31,254 nt of DNA. Source: a virus. Below are positions 17,732 through 29,600 of this stretch, in pieces. The stretch covers positions 66,889-98,142 of IMG/VR virus record IMGVR_UViG_3300035527_000189. One strand, written 5' to 3'. The notes beneath the pieces are model-generated. The model was not told the DNA's origin, ran no database searches, and saw nothing but the letters and a program-made list of their open reading frames with translations. A program made the position numbers and the translations under genes. Each line of letters begins with the position of its first letter. Position 1 is the first letter of the stretch.

Positions 17732-20700
17732 TGGTAGATAAAAAGGTTAATAAATGTCAATATTGGAGTTTATATGAACCTTATCCTTGTGAGTACTGGG
17801 ATGGTGGTAATACTGTCTGTACTTATGAGGTTGATACATCAAATCCAAATGACTCATTACCTACTGAATTTCCACATTGTAATCTAATAGGTACTCGTGC
17901 TAGTTGTAATAAGTTCTTATCAACTGGTACTGGTGTAAAACCTCGTTGTGTTTTACCAGATCCTAGGAGACATGTATGTAATAGGGAAACTGGCCGAAAA
18001 TGGGTAAGTACTGTTTCTGGTACATCCGATTATGATTTTTCCCCGATAACTGGTTATAATGAGGGTGAATGTGATGGGGGTGGAACTGATACTACCTGTT
18101 CAGGTTATTCTCCAGAACATATGGGTTTTGGTCGTCTTGTCCCTTCAGACTCTGAAGATTTAGATACTTTTGTAGATGGTAAATTTTCATCTATAAAAGA
18201 TTTTGACCTTAGAGTTCCAATCAATTATGCTGTTTATAATCTAATGGCAATCTTATCAAAATGTAGATGGTGGACTGGGGATTATGTAGGATTTACTATA
18301 AATAATGAAACTACTTTAGTTGAACTAGGTGGTACTTGGGAATGTACTCATCCAGAAGATACAAGTATGTTTAGTTCTTTTAGTTTTGATTATGGTGCTC
18401 CTTGTAATGGATGTAAAGCTTCGTGCCCTTATTATACTGGTATTTGTTGGGAATATTGTATAGATGAGTATATGGCACCAGGTGATCCAATTTTGGCCGA
18501 GCAAGTTCATGAATTAAGGTATTATCACAGAGAAAATCAATGGGCAATTTCTTCTCTTGAAGCTTATTTTGGAGATAAAGGTTATATTTACTCCTGGGAT
18601 GCATCTATAATAGAAAATAAAAAAAGTAAAAGTTTACTTGGTAAAGTTAGTTATACTCTTAATTCTGATGGTAACATAGAAGAGTATCAAATACCTTCAT
18701 ATAAAACTTATATGGAAAAATTTGATTTATTTACACCCGAGAGAGAACCATTAATTTTAACGGAAGGGACTGAGGTTGACACATCAGTTGTTTCTTATCC
18801 CTCGCTTGTAAGGGAAATTAAAAGATTACCTCTACCCCCTATTGTTAAAAACAGATTTTATAATGATGGTATATATAATTATTTTGAAACTCCCCTTCTA
18901 AAAGATGAAACTGATTTATTAATATTTGGAAAGTCTTTTTATGATGCAACTATTTATCCAATTTATGCAATAAATGTTAGCGATAAAGAAGTTTACCCTC
19001 TTTTTCCAAATGAGTTATTTGTTTATGATTACATGCTTGATGCTAGGTTGAGTTTAGGTGATATGGCTTATGAAGAATTCTATAATGGTATAGATAACAC
19101 ATTTAGCACTTTACAGGCAATAGCTCCACAAAAAGTATCAACTAATGAGATAGCTGAATGTAGTACTTTTATAATGACAGTAAAAGCTTCTTTAGGGGCT
19201 AATACTTACAGTGGAACAAATCATAATACGATTCTTGTTCTACAATATTCACCAGATGGTTTAGTATATACTAAAGTTAAATTCAAATGCACATTTGTTG
19301 GAGGTGTTCTTACTCAAAGTAAATTTGAAGTGTTGGGTGATATGGGAGAGATGACTACTCCTTTTGATTATACCGCCTCTTTTAATGCACATGTAAATAA
19401 AAACGGTAAAATGCAATTTTATTATAATCCTATTAGTTCCGGAGGGATTATTACTGAAAGCCGTTATATGTATAATGATTTGTATATGCCTAAAAAATAT
19501 AGTTCCACTGATATTGTTCCAGATGAGCCTATATTATATAAAGGACATAAATTATATGAAGTAAGTAATTCTTTATATGTATTGCAACATGGAGACACTA
19601 CAGTTAGTGGATCTGAAGAATCTTCCGTTGAATATTACCCACTTAGTTCAGATGGATATGTTCTAATTGATATAGATCATCCAGATCTAAATAATGTTTT
19701 CTTTCCCTGGGAGGCTGAAGAAATAAATATAGTGTATAGTCCAGTTGTTTCTGCAGGGGCACCTCCTTCTTCGTTTGCTCCAGAAGATTGTGAAATGGAA
19801 ATAGTTTGTCATGGTTCAGATGGAAAATTAGGCCCAAGTCAAGCTATAATTAAACCTAAAGACCCTAGCAAATTTAGATCTATTTGTGGTAATACTACAA
19901 TAGAACTTAAGAACATTAAATATTGGGAAAAAAGAAGTTATGATCAAGAGCCGGATACTATTGGTGGTTGGGAAGCCACACTTTTTGAAGAAGATGGTAT
20001 AGTTTGTAATTACAGTAAAGACACAGCTACATATTCTTTTGGTGATAGTGGTACTAATTTACATACTCTCACTGATTTTCAATTTACTATGGTGCCTTCT
20101 GTGGTTATAAATAATATGGCCGGGAAACCATTTACTCAATTTAGAACTAAACCTATAGGCTGGGTAAAGCAATTTTATTGCCCTGATGTGGAGATAGAAT
20201 ATAGATGGGGGGCTAATTATACTAAATGGACGAATGACCCGTTATGTAATTGTTGTGGTCCTTGGAAGAAGGTTAATCCTGAACCAAGTTCAGATAGTTT
20301 TCAGCCTAATTGTGGTGATCACGATCTGTCTTTTTTTGACAATAAAGGGCCTCTTTGGTGGCCATATACAACTTGCTCAACTTACCAAACTTATGATATA
20401 ATAAGTAATTTAGATTATTATTCAGTAGATGTAATTGGGTTATTTAAGCAAGAGGATGAAGATGGTAATAAGATTCACGGAAATCACGATATGCGTATGT
20501 TAGGACCAGCTAATAATATAGCTTGGACTGGTTATGGATGCAATTTTTTAATACCTTGTACTTGTGATTGGCGTACTTATAATAAGAACAAATTAGGGGA
20601 TAATAATTTCATAGGTTGGGCAAGAATAAGAGGTTTAGTTCCGTATGAGGATATGGCGATTTGGAATGGTAATAATGATACTCTTCCAAAATTCGGTAAC

Positions 20701-23268
20701 ACTAATAGACCTCAAATGTTTTATTATAGAACTATTGATAAATGGCAGTATGAATACTCGACTGATGGTGGGCAGAAGTGGAATGTATCTTGGAAGTTGA
20801 TGCCCGCAGCAATGGAATTCTCTAAAGTTGATTTTACTTCAGAATACGAGCCTATGTGGGATTATGGTGGTAGTTCTGAAGGACCAAATATAGTTAATCC
20901 TCTTGGTATTTTTATAACTAATGATTTAAATGGTGAGTCTATAGACGAAACTATAGAGTATAATGTTAGATATTCTTTCGATGATATATTTAATTGTAGG
21001 TTTGCAATTAATGGTATTAGTTATCCTTCAATTACTGGAACGTATTCCAATGCAAAGAAAGATGGGAAAATTAATCCTTGGTACGAATTTAAGTCCGCAC
21101 CTGCAGCCCTTGGGGATAAACAAATACAGTGGGCTTGGCAGGAACCTTGGAAAGATTTAGTTAGAAATACTTCGAAAACTTTCGATGATAAGATAAATAA
21201 GGATGCTTTTATTGAATTTTTCGAGAAATATAAAATAGGTGATGTTTCTGTAAAAGGCCCGTTTATTAATGAGGATGATGGGCTTAAAGGTTCGTTATTG
21301 TTTTTAGATTTAAACTACCCGGATTATAAATATGATTTCAAGGCTCAAGAATTTAGACAGTCTTTGGATGAAGGTTTTCATACTATAAATTTTGAAGCCC
21401 CAAAAAAAGATGAAAATACAGGGGAATATATTGGATATATGGGATTATCTATAGATAGTGGCCCCAAAAGAGGTTTAAAAATTGATGGGAGTTGGATTAG
21501 TTCTGAAGATGTTGATGAGGATGAAGATAATTTTGAAGTATTTAATGTAGAACTATACGACCAATGTACTGGTATTGATAATCCTACAGAACCTACTGAT
21601 GGTGAACTGAAGGTTTGGTCAGAAGATGTAACTCTTTTCTCTAAAAGCTATGAATCTGATGAGTCAGGGTCAGATGATAGGGAGGAAGAAGCTGAAAATG
21701 ATGATAGGATGGTAAAGACTTTTACTGTAGATAGTGGATTACTTTCTGATGAAACTATTGAAGTAAAAACTTATTTTAGAAGAGGACTTGATGTAAAATT
21801 GAATGATGCTTTGGATGGATCTTCATTACCTTTAATTTTATCTGAAGTAGTACAATATAATAGAACTGGTTTAGATTCTGAAGTGGTATGTGGGATAACA
21901 GATACTGAGTTTATAGCCTATGAGTTTGACTCTATAAAGAGAACAATAGGTAAGTTAGAAGTGTCATATAAATATGGTATGGAAGAAATTACTGCCCCTA
22001 CAGCTACTACATCTGGAACCTATACCTTCTATCATAAACCACAAATAAGTGTTTTTGCTTCTGAAGACGGCTTAACAAAAGGAACTCAACTTTATACTGA
22101 TTCTGGTATGGATTTGTATAAACATTCAGATGGTGAAAATATGGAGGTTAAATTAACCACTCTCACTTGGAATAATACTATTGATTATATATTCAATGGT
22201 AAAATAGGGCTTTATATAGAATTAAGAATTACGCCTACTAGTGAAGAGTTGGATAGTTTATCTAGTGCAGACAAGACATTTTATAATACAAACATAAATC
22301 TTGTCGGGATTGAAAGTGAATCCATTTATGATGAAGTGATTACAGATGCTAAAGAAAATATATACGCTTGGGAAAGAAAATATTATATTTCTTATGGTAA
22401 TTATGGTGATGCTCCTCCTCAAGGAAAAAATCCTGATAAACAAGTACTGTGGCCAGAAGATACTTACATTAGATCTACTGTTTATAATAAGGACGATATT
22501 GATGGTGTATATAATGTAGATGGTTCTGGTGAAGATGGTTTTGTGATGACTTCTAAAGTTAGAGGTGGTAGATTTTATGAGATATATGAGGATAAAACCA
22601 CTTTATCAGGTGATGTTCATGTGTTAGAGGGTGAACAAAAGAAGCTTTACGACAAAGCTACATCAATAAATCCAGAGGACATCAGCATGAATAATGTAAT
22701 ATCTCCTGGATTAAGTGAGCTTTTGAAAAGCAGTAATTTAACTTATAATTCTGCTGTGACTTTTCTTATACATAATTCATTAATTTTGGATTTGGCATCA
22801 ATTAATAGTTTTCCACCGATGAGTGGTGAGGGGCATGAGTATGTACCGTCTAAACCCTCTCAATCAAACTGTAGTGGTGGCGGAAGAGGGCCATGTTCAG
22901 CTGCTAATATTCCCGCTGATTATTTTTACTATAGTTTTGAGCCTTTAGATCCTGAAGCCGAAAAAAATTATAGTGGTATTGGTCATAGTTCTGCTTTTAC
23001 TTCTTTTTACGGTGGTACTTTGGCTATGATGCAAAGAACAGCATTAGCTGAAGCCCTTATGGGGGTTTTTGGTCCAAAATATGGGGCAGCCTCTGGTGAT
23101 AGTAATTGGGTTAATGCTGAAGCTATGACCAGTATGCTTTTCTTTAATTTAACACCTAGATCTTATGATACTAGTGTTTCGGTACCATCTGTATCCTATA
23201 ATGCACAATACTTTGCATTTTTTAAGCACTGGAGTAATGCTTATTTTAATACGGCAGGGATTGCTTAA
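17731..23268 (+). CDS. large Cys-rich acidic protein (1845 aa), putative virion component
   Basis: Long intact ORF. Dense Cys in the first ~245 aa and again around aa 810-950; D/E-rich stretches. No family recognised. Confidence 0.8.
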   Translation: MVDKKVNKCQYWSLYEPYPCEYWDGGNTVCTYEVDTSNPNDSLPTEFPHCNLIGTRASCNKFLSTGTGVKPRCVLPDPRRHVCNRETGRKWVSTVSGTSDYDFSPITGYNEGECDGGGTDTTCSGYSPEHMGFGRLVPSDSEDLDTFVDGKFSSIKDFDLRVPINYAVYNLMAILSKCRWWTGDYVGFTINNETTLVELGGTWECTHPEDTSMFSSFSFDYGAPCNGCKASCPYYTGICWEYCIDEYMAPGDPILAEQVHELRYYHRENQWAISSLEAYFGDKGYIYSWDASIIENKKSKSLLGKVSYTLNSDGNIEEYQIPSYKTYMEKFDLFTPEREPLILTEGTEVDTSVVSYPSLVREIKRLPLPPIVKNRFYNDGIYNYFETPLLKDETDLLIFGKSFYDATIYPIYAINVSDKEVYPLFPNELFVYDYMLDARLSLGDMAYEEFYNGIDNTFSTLQAIAPQKVSTNEIAECSTFIMTVKASLGANTYSGTNHNTILVLQYSPDGLVYTKVKFKCTFVGGVLTQSKFEVLGDMGEMTTPFDYTASFNAHVNKNGKMQFYYNPISSGGIITESRYMYNDLYMPKKYSSTDIVPDEPILYKGHKLYEVSNSLYVLQHGDTTVSGSEESSVEYYPLSSDGYVLIDIDHPDLNNVFFPWEAEEINIVYSPVVSAGAPPSSFAPEDCEMEIVCHGSDGKLGPSQAIIKPKDPSKFRSICGNTTIELKNIKYWEKRSYDQEPDTIGGWEATLFEEDGIVCNYSKDTATYSFGDSGTNLHTLTDFQFTMVPSVVINNMAGKPFTQFRTKPIGWVKQFYCPDVEIEYRWGANYTKWTNDPLCNCCGPWKKVNPEPSSDSFQPNCGDHDLSFFDNKGPLWWPYTTCSTYQTYDIISNLDYYSVDVIGLFKQEDEDGNKIHGNHDMRMLGPANNIAWTGYGCNFLIPCTCDWRTYNKNKLGDNNFIGWARIRGLVPYEDMAIWNGNNDTLPKFGNTNRPQMFYYRTIDKWQYEYSTDGGQKWNVSWKLMPAAMEFSKVDFTSEYEPMWDYGGSSEGPNIVNPLGIFITNDLNGESIDETIEYNVRYSFDDIFNCRFAINGISYPSITGTYSNAKKDGKINPWYEFKSAPAALGDKQIQWAWQEPWKDLVRNTSKTFDDKINKDAFIEFFEKYKIGDVSVKGPFINEDDGLKGSLLFLDLNYPDYKYDFKAQEFRQSLDEGFHTINFEAPKKDENTGEYIGYMGLSIDSGPKRGLKIDGSWISSEDVDEDEDNFEVFNVELYDQCTGIDNPTEPTDGELKVWSEDVTLFSKSYESDESGSDDREEEAENDDRMVKTFTVDSGLLSDETIEVKTYFRRGLDVKLNDALDGSSLPLILSEVVQYNRTGLDSEVVCGITDTEFIAYEFDSIKRTIGKLEVSYKYGMEEITAPTATTSGTYTFYHKPQISVFASEDGLTKGTQLYTDSGMDLYKHSDGENMEVKLTTLTWNNTIDYIFNGKIGLYIELRITPTSEELDSLSSADKTFYNTNINLVGIESESIYDEVITDAKENIYAWERKYYISYGNYGDAPPQGKNPDKQVLWPEDTYIRSTVYNKDDIDGVYNVDGSGEDGFVMTSKVRGGRFYEIYEDKTTLSGDVHVLEGEQKKLYDKATSINPEDISMNNVISPGLSELLKSSNLTYNSAVTFLIHNSLILDLASINSFPPMSGEGHEYVPSKPSQSNCSGGGRGPCSAANIPADYFYYSFEPLDPEAEKNYSGIGHSSAFTSFYGGTLAMMQRTALAEALMGVFGPKYGAASGDSNWVNAEAMTSMLFFNLTPRSYDTSVSVPSVSYNAQYFAFFKHWSNAYFNTAGIA

Positions 23269-23299
23269 TGATGGTGAGTAATATTTTAAAGGAGTGTTT

Positions 23300-23692
23300 A
23301 TGATAGATTGTGATCAATGTGGTTCAAAAATGTCAGAAGATATTTTACTTTCTACAATAGAGTACGACAATTTAACTAAAGTAATACTAAATGAGGAAGG
23401 GGAAATAATTTATGAAAATTTACCTGACTATTTAGTATTTTCATGTAAAATGTGTGGTGAAACTAAAAATATTAAAATTTCTGATATAATAAAAAATTTA
23501 CAAAATAAGATTGTAAGCTTGCTTTTAAAAGAGCGGCTAAAAGTAATATATACTACAGCTGATAGAAGTAAAGTTGATGAAGCTTCAGGTGTTAGTTACT
23601 GTGGCTTATGTCCCGGAGTAATAGATGAATCTGGTTATTGTTATAATGATGTTATTTCACAATGTAGAGTTAGAAAGGTGAAGCTTGGATGA
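23300..23692 (+). CDS. small multi-CxxC (zinc-finger-like) protein
   Basis: ATG 23300 preferred over GTG 23294 (AAGGAG at 23289-23294). CDQC, CKMC, CGLC and two further Cys; TGA overlaps the next ATG. Confidence 0.75.
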   Translation: MIDCDQCGSKMSEDILLSTIEYDNLTKVILNEEGEIIYENLPDYLVFSCKMCGETKNIKISDIIKNLQNKIVSLLLKERLKVIYTTADRSKVDEASGVSYCGLCPGVIDESGYCYNDVISQCRVRKVKLG

Positions 23693-26600
23693 CATATAAT
23701 ATTCTTAAAGATGCTAAATTAATAAAGAATGATACAACCTGTATGCATGATATTAATTATGGTTTTAACAGTACATTTCCAAATAATGGTGATGTAGATG
23801 GTTGGAATATATATAATAATATTTATCTTTATGGGAGCTGGAATAAGGTTCTTTTTGGTTCATCTTTAGGGGTCTCTTGTTACTTTGGTCGGGAAATTAA
23901 TATCCTTCCTGTGGTGGCCGATGATTATTATTATTTGCATATGATGATGAAATTAACAGCACCTATTCATAAATATAAGGACTATCCTACTAAAGGTAAG
24001 ATACAGTGGATAACTAATACTGATGACACCTGGAATGATGATAAGTCTGTTGAATTTGATTTAGAAGTAACGGGTAATTGGAAGCTATACATAATAAATA
24101 TGGCAGAACTTCAGTATTGGAGTGGCAATATAGTCAATTTTAGAATATACCCTTTTATTGATGGTTATGAAGATATACAGTTTGCCGTGAAATACATTAG
24201 AGTTGTGTCGGATAATAAGTTTCAATGCTTAAATACAAACTGCTTATATTATACTAAATACAGTCATCCTTGTCCCGCGATTGGTAGATTTAGTAGTATA
24301 ACTGCTGGAGAAGGTAAAACACATTATACTACGATTTCTGGTGTTAGTGACACCTTATATGTTAATATAGATGATTATGGGTCTGAAAAGATTACTTTAG
24401 GTAATAATATAAATATAACTGGTGATCAAATGGCAAAAATAATTGGGGACAGATTAAGTGCCATTGATGTTGGAGGTTATACTTATGCTTATTCAGAACA
24501 TACTGAAGATAATAAACTTAAAATTACATCAGGTAATCTGGGAATAGCAAGTGATGATGAAACTATAATTTTTGATGGTGAATTGGCAATTTTTGTTACA
24601 GCCTATAACTGTTTAGTTGATCCTAGTTATTTTACTTCACGAAATCTAAATTATGTTAGGGTCAATGCTTATTTAAATATGATTTCAGGATCAGTGCTTG
24701 ATATACTTAAATTTTTATTTACTAATGAATATAATCCAAGTTTAATAACTGTTTCTGAATTTCTTATTAATAATAGTATTTTTCAAAATATATTAGATAT
24801 AAAATTTTCAGAACCACTTACATTTTATCAGATGAAAGCGGCTGATTGGCATGCTGGAAATCCGGGTGCAAGTTTAGTTCTTGATTCTATGGGTGATATT
24901 TATGTTTGTGGCTCAATAAATGATTTTTATTGGGGCAGTAGTTATTATCCTCCAAATGAATTAAAAGATGTTACAAATGATTATTTATTAATAGACAACC
25001 CACAAACAGATATGTTTGCCGGTGAGCCTTATACTGGCAAAGCTTCATCAACCAGTGAGTTATTTCTTAAGGTTAATTATGGATCTTGTAGATTTATTTT
25101 TGCAACTTTATCTCATCAGGATTTAGAAATCGGAAACACTGGAGCTGAACAGCAATATGATCTGATTGAAAAATTCGATCAATTTGCTGGCAGTGAATCC
25201 GTTGGAGGACAATCGGGTTATTCAGGATTCTTTACACCGTTTACTATTGTCATAGAAGGTGGCAGTGCAAAGGAAGAGTTAGGATTTAATGAGGATTCTA
25301 TAAATGTAACTTCCAGCAAACCAGCATCAGGTTTTGATTTTGCTTCTTCGAGAAGATTAAAAGCTTATGAAATAAATAGGTTGGTGGACAATGATAAAAA
25401 ATCAACCGCATATTATCATGATCCAGATCAACGTGTAGTGGAAGCCGGAAGAAGAGATTATTTTGAAGCAGTTTCTACTTATAATGTGGCCAGTAATAAT
25501 ACACCTGATTTTTATAGTGAGATTAATGGGCAAGGTTATATACTTATAGATTTAACTCATCCTGTAACTGATAGTGGTAGATTGAAACATATTAAAGTTA
25601 ATGGTAGTAAATACTTGGGCTTTGATTCTAGTGTTATTGTTTTTAGACCTTTTAAAGATGGGACACTAATAAAATTATATGAGACATCTTTTTTATCTGA
25701 ATTATCTACTTCTATTTATTCTACTGTAAATTCGACTCATCATGTAGAAACTGATTTTATGGTTTCAAAGGGAGATCTAATAGGCTTTAAGAACTTTGGT
25801 ATTTTATGTCCTCATTCCAGTATAACTTTGAAGCCCAATGCCATGCTTTATAAGTTAGGTGCTAATGATAATATTGATGTTAGATTTGAGCCTGGAAATA
25901 TATTTTGCCAGGGGGTTATTGGTCCCTCTTATTATGCATATAGTGAAAGAGTACAAGATAGTATTAAGTTATCAGTTGATTTTGGTAAGCGAATAAATAT
26001 TGGTGAAATAAATGTGCATGGTAAAGAATTTAATGATTCTTTTGAATACAATATAGCTTCTTGTTTAGATGTGTCCTGGCAATGTAACCTATATAACGAA
26101 TCACACACGCACCGCGCCTACCATGATACTGGATTATATGTAAACTATTGGACCCACAAAAATATACCATATGGTTTAGATAGTTTAAATAATTGTAAAA
26201 CTACCGTAGATAATGGAAGGCAGGGGACATCTTTTACTGGCGGAAACGGGGGTAATGGGTTAGCTACTTTCGGCGAGCATTCATATTTTTATGTTAACGG
26301 TGATGCTGAATGGTTGTATGGAGTTAGTTCCTCAAAAAGTGAATTTTGGTACCCATGGAGAAATGCAGTAACTTATGATTATGAATTTGATCCTGTAGCT
26401 TTGTATATACATTTTCCTCACAATAAAAATATTAATATACATAGATCTATAATATATTTTAAAGAATCTGAAAACTTTAAGAAAATGTTTTTAGCTTATT
26501 ATATGGCTCCTGCGGGCTTGCCAGGAAATTCTGGTCAGTATGGTTATAGTTACATACCTAATTTTAGTTCTGTAAAATTGGATGGTACAAAATACACTGC

Positions 26601-29600
26601 AGAAGATGTTGGCGGAACCAAATATTCTACTGCTGATTTAATTATGCCAAATCCTATGCCAAATTCTAAAATGATTTATGTAGACGGAGAAGCTTCTGAT
26701 GAGAATTGGGCTTTGTATCAAGTTGCAGGAAATACTGAATGGAATGTGATGGAGCATAATTTCGAACCCATTAATTGCTATGGGTTTATGGTTTATTGTG
26801 ATTGGCATAAGAGTACAAAAATAATTGAAATGGAGTTGTATAGTTCTTTTCCGGTTAAACCTGTTCTTGTAGATAACATATTTATGAGCTCATCTATTTA
26901 CGGGGATTATTGGGATACTATTTTATTTAAAGAAGATAATAAAGATCCTAATAAAGCCTACTCTAATCTTGTAAGTTCCCCGAGGTATTTTAATATGGAG
27001 TTTAGTCCTCAATCCGCTTTTGAATTATACGAGTTAAGTTTTGAAGTGGCTGAAAGTGATCTTAAATTATTAGATTGCAACAACACTGTGCTTATGGATT
27101 CCGCACCAAGGAATCAAATGACTTCTCCTAAAAAATTGGAGATAGAAAATGTTTATGATGTGCCTTTGAAGTTATCTGTTAGTGTTCCAACTAAATTTAT
27201 ACCTAACAATAATCTTCTTTCTCATATAAAAGCAACTTCACAAGAAACAACTGAATATGCTGAAGTAGGTCCTGGGGCAGTTGTAGAAAAGAATGATGAT
27301 TATAACCTTGAATTATACAACAGTCAAGTGGCTATCAATTGCCCTAGTTATTATTTAAAAAATCTAGCAGTTGATGCTCCAATATGGGCTTTTGAAAAAA
27401 ATAAATATTGGAAAGATCTTGGTTTGTCAGGTTCTAAAGGTGAGATTAATTATCTAAATGAATCTGGGGTTTTTAAAGCATCTATTACCTTTGATGCTAC
27501 TTCGAGTAAGTTTTGGAAGTTTAACATATTAACTCATGAGTTTCATAGATTCTATACTGTTAATGTACTTTATAATAATGAGACAGTTGCTATAAAAGAT
27601 CTGTATGTTCAGGCCCAATCTAAAGGTTTGGGTTCAATTAAACAAGTTATAAACACAGACTCTAATGGTGAATACATACCTACTCCAGTTATTTATGACA
27701 ACTTTTCTGATAATGATTTTATTAATTACTGGCAATATAATATACCACTTGGTAATTATTTCCGAGAAATTAACAATGTTTTAAAACCTACATTATTGTT
27801 ACCTAATACGACTTCTTACTTTGAACGTAATTTACAATGCCCCCTAAATAGCTTTGCTTTTGAAACAGAGTTTTATTATAACCCAATCGATTACAGAAAT
27901 TTAATAGGGTATAAAGTTGAATTATTGGACAACTATGATACGGTTGTTATGGGATTAGAGCTTAATAACGATGAAGAAGATGTTTATATAAATATATATA
28001 CCTCTAATTTAGATAAAGAATATGAACCAACATCTTCATATCAAAATGATCATTCTTACTACAGCCAATCACATAAATTGGGTTTTATAGATAGTTTAGG
28101 GGGTAATTTTAGGTTTTCAATTACCAAGGAGTTTAGAGATTATACTGAAATAAAATTATCTGCACTTCCTAGTCTTAGTGGTTCCGAATACTGTTCTGCA
28201 AAATCAGTGGTGTTTGATATTGCTGATAATCACGGTGGTTCTATTTTTTTATCTATTAGATCTATAGAGTTCAAATTCCGGGGCAATTTAATTATAAATT
28301 CTAACCCTACTGTATATGCTACATCTAATATTAGTAATAGTGGTTATGAACCAGAGAATGTTTTTGATACAGACTTATCTAAAATAGGTGACCAGGATCA
28401 CACGTCTTGGTTATCTGAAATTTATAATATCACTAATCAACGTCTAATAGTTGTATTTGATTCAGAAACTGAATTTGATGAAATAGTTGTTAATAATGGA
28501 CATCATTATGGTGATGCTGGGGGATGGACTACATCGGGTGCAAAAAATGTAGTTATTCATATCTCTTCTGACATTGTTACAGATACAACATATGGAGCAC
28601 CTATACCAAACAGTCGCAAAATTTTTGATGGGGTATTTGATGAGCATGTTGCATCTGATATAGAAGATGATCAAAGTTTATTAGGGTTAATTTTAGATTT
28701 AGTATCATTTGATGACTCTTATGTCTTTTATGATGGTACAAAAACTGACACTATATATTTATTAAGTAGGGTCCATAAAGCCAGGATAAGTTACATAAAC
28801 AATAGTTTGGTCAGTTTACCATTACCAGATATAGTATATGATACTTATTTTGCTAAAACCCTTATATTTGATTGTGAAAATAATTGGGGTAGATCAGACG
28901 GTATGGGTATAAGAATGGTTGAACTTTTAGATATAAATGGAGATACAATTCCATTAATTCCGTCAGACTATAGTTCTTATGATTCTTACCATTATCATTC
29001 AAATACTATTTTTGGTACCGCTTTTGATACTACACGTTCTAAAACTGGTAGTTTATCAGACTGGCGAAGTGATTATAATGCCGGATGGGTTGCATGTTGT
29101 GGGGGCTCTTTAGTTTCTAATCAGAGGGGTGTAATTGTATTCAACAGTGATATAGTATTTTATGGCGTTCGTATTAATAATTATCATAATGGTGGTGGGA
29201 CTACCAATGCTGGAGTAAAGGATATTAAGGTATATTTATCAAGGGCTATTATTGATGATACTACTTATGGTGGAAGCCTTCATGGCACACATATGATTTT
29301 TGATGGCCAGATAGATGAACACGTCTCTTTAGATATTGTGGATGATCAAACTTTGAGTGGAATTGCCGAATATAATTATGACCAATCAGCCACATTTTTT
29401 TATAGTAATAGTATAGAGCTTGATGCTTTGCCTATTATAAGCCAAGATGAATCATTAATAATAGAATTAACTGGCAGTAATCCGGCCAATGAAATTAATT
29501 TGATAATGGATAATACTGATTTAAGTGATGGATCTTTATATTTTTCTAATACAGGGCAGGATGACTTTACATTATGGGCACAAAATATTGATAGATTTTC

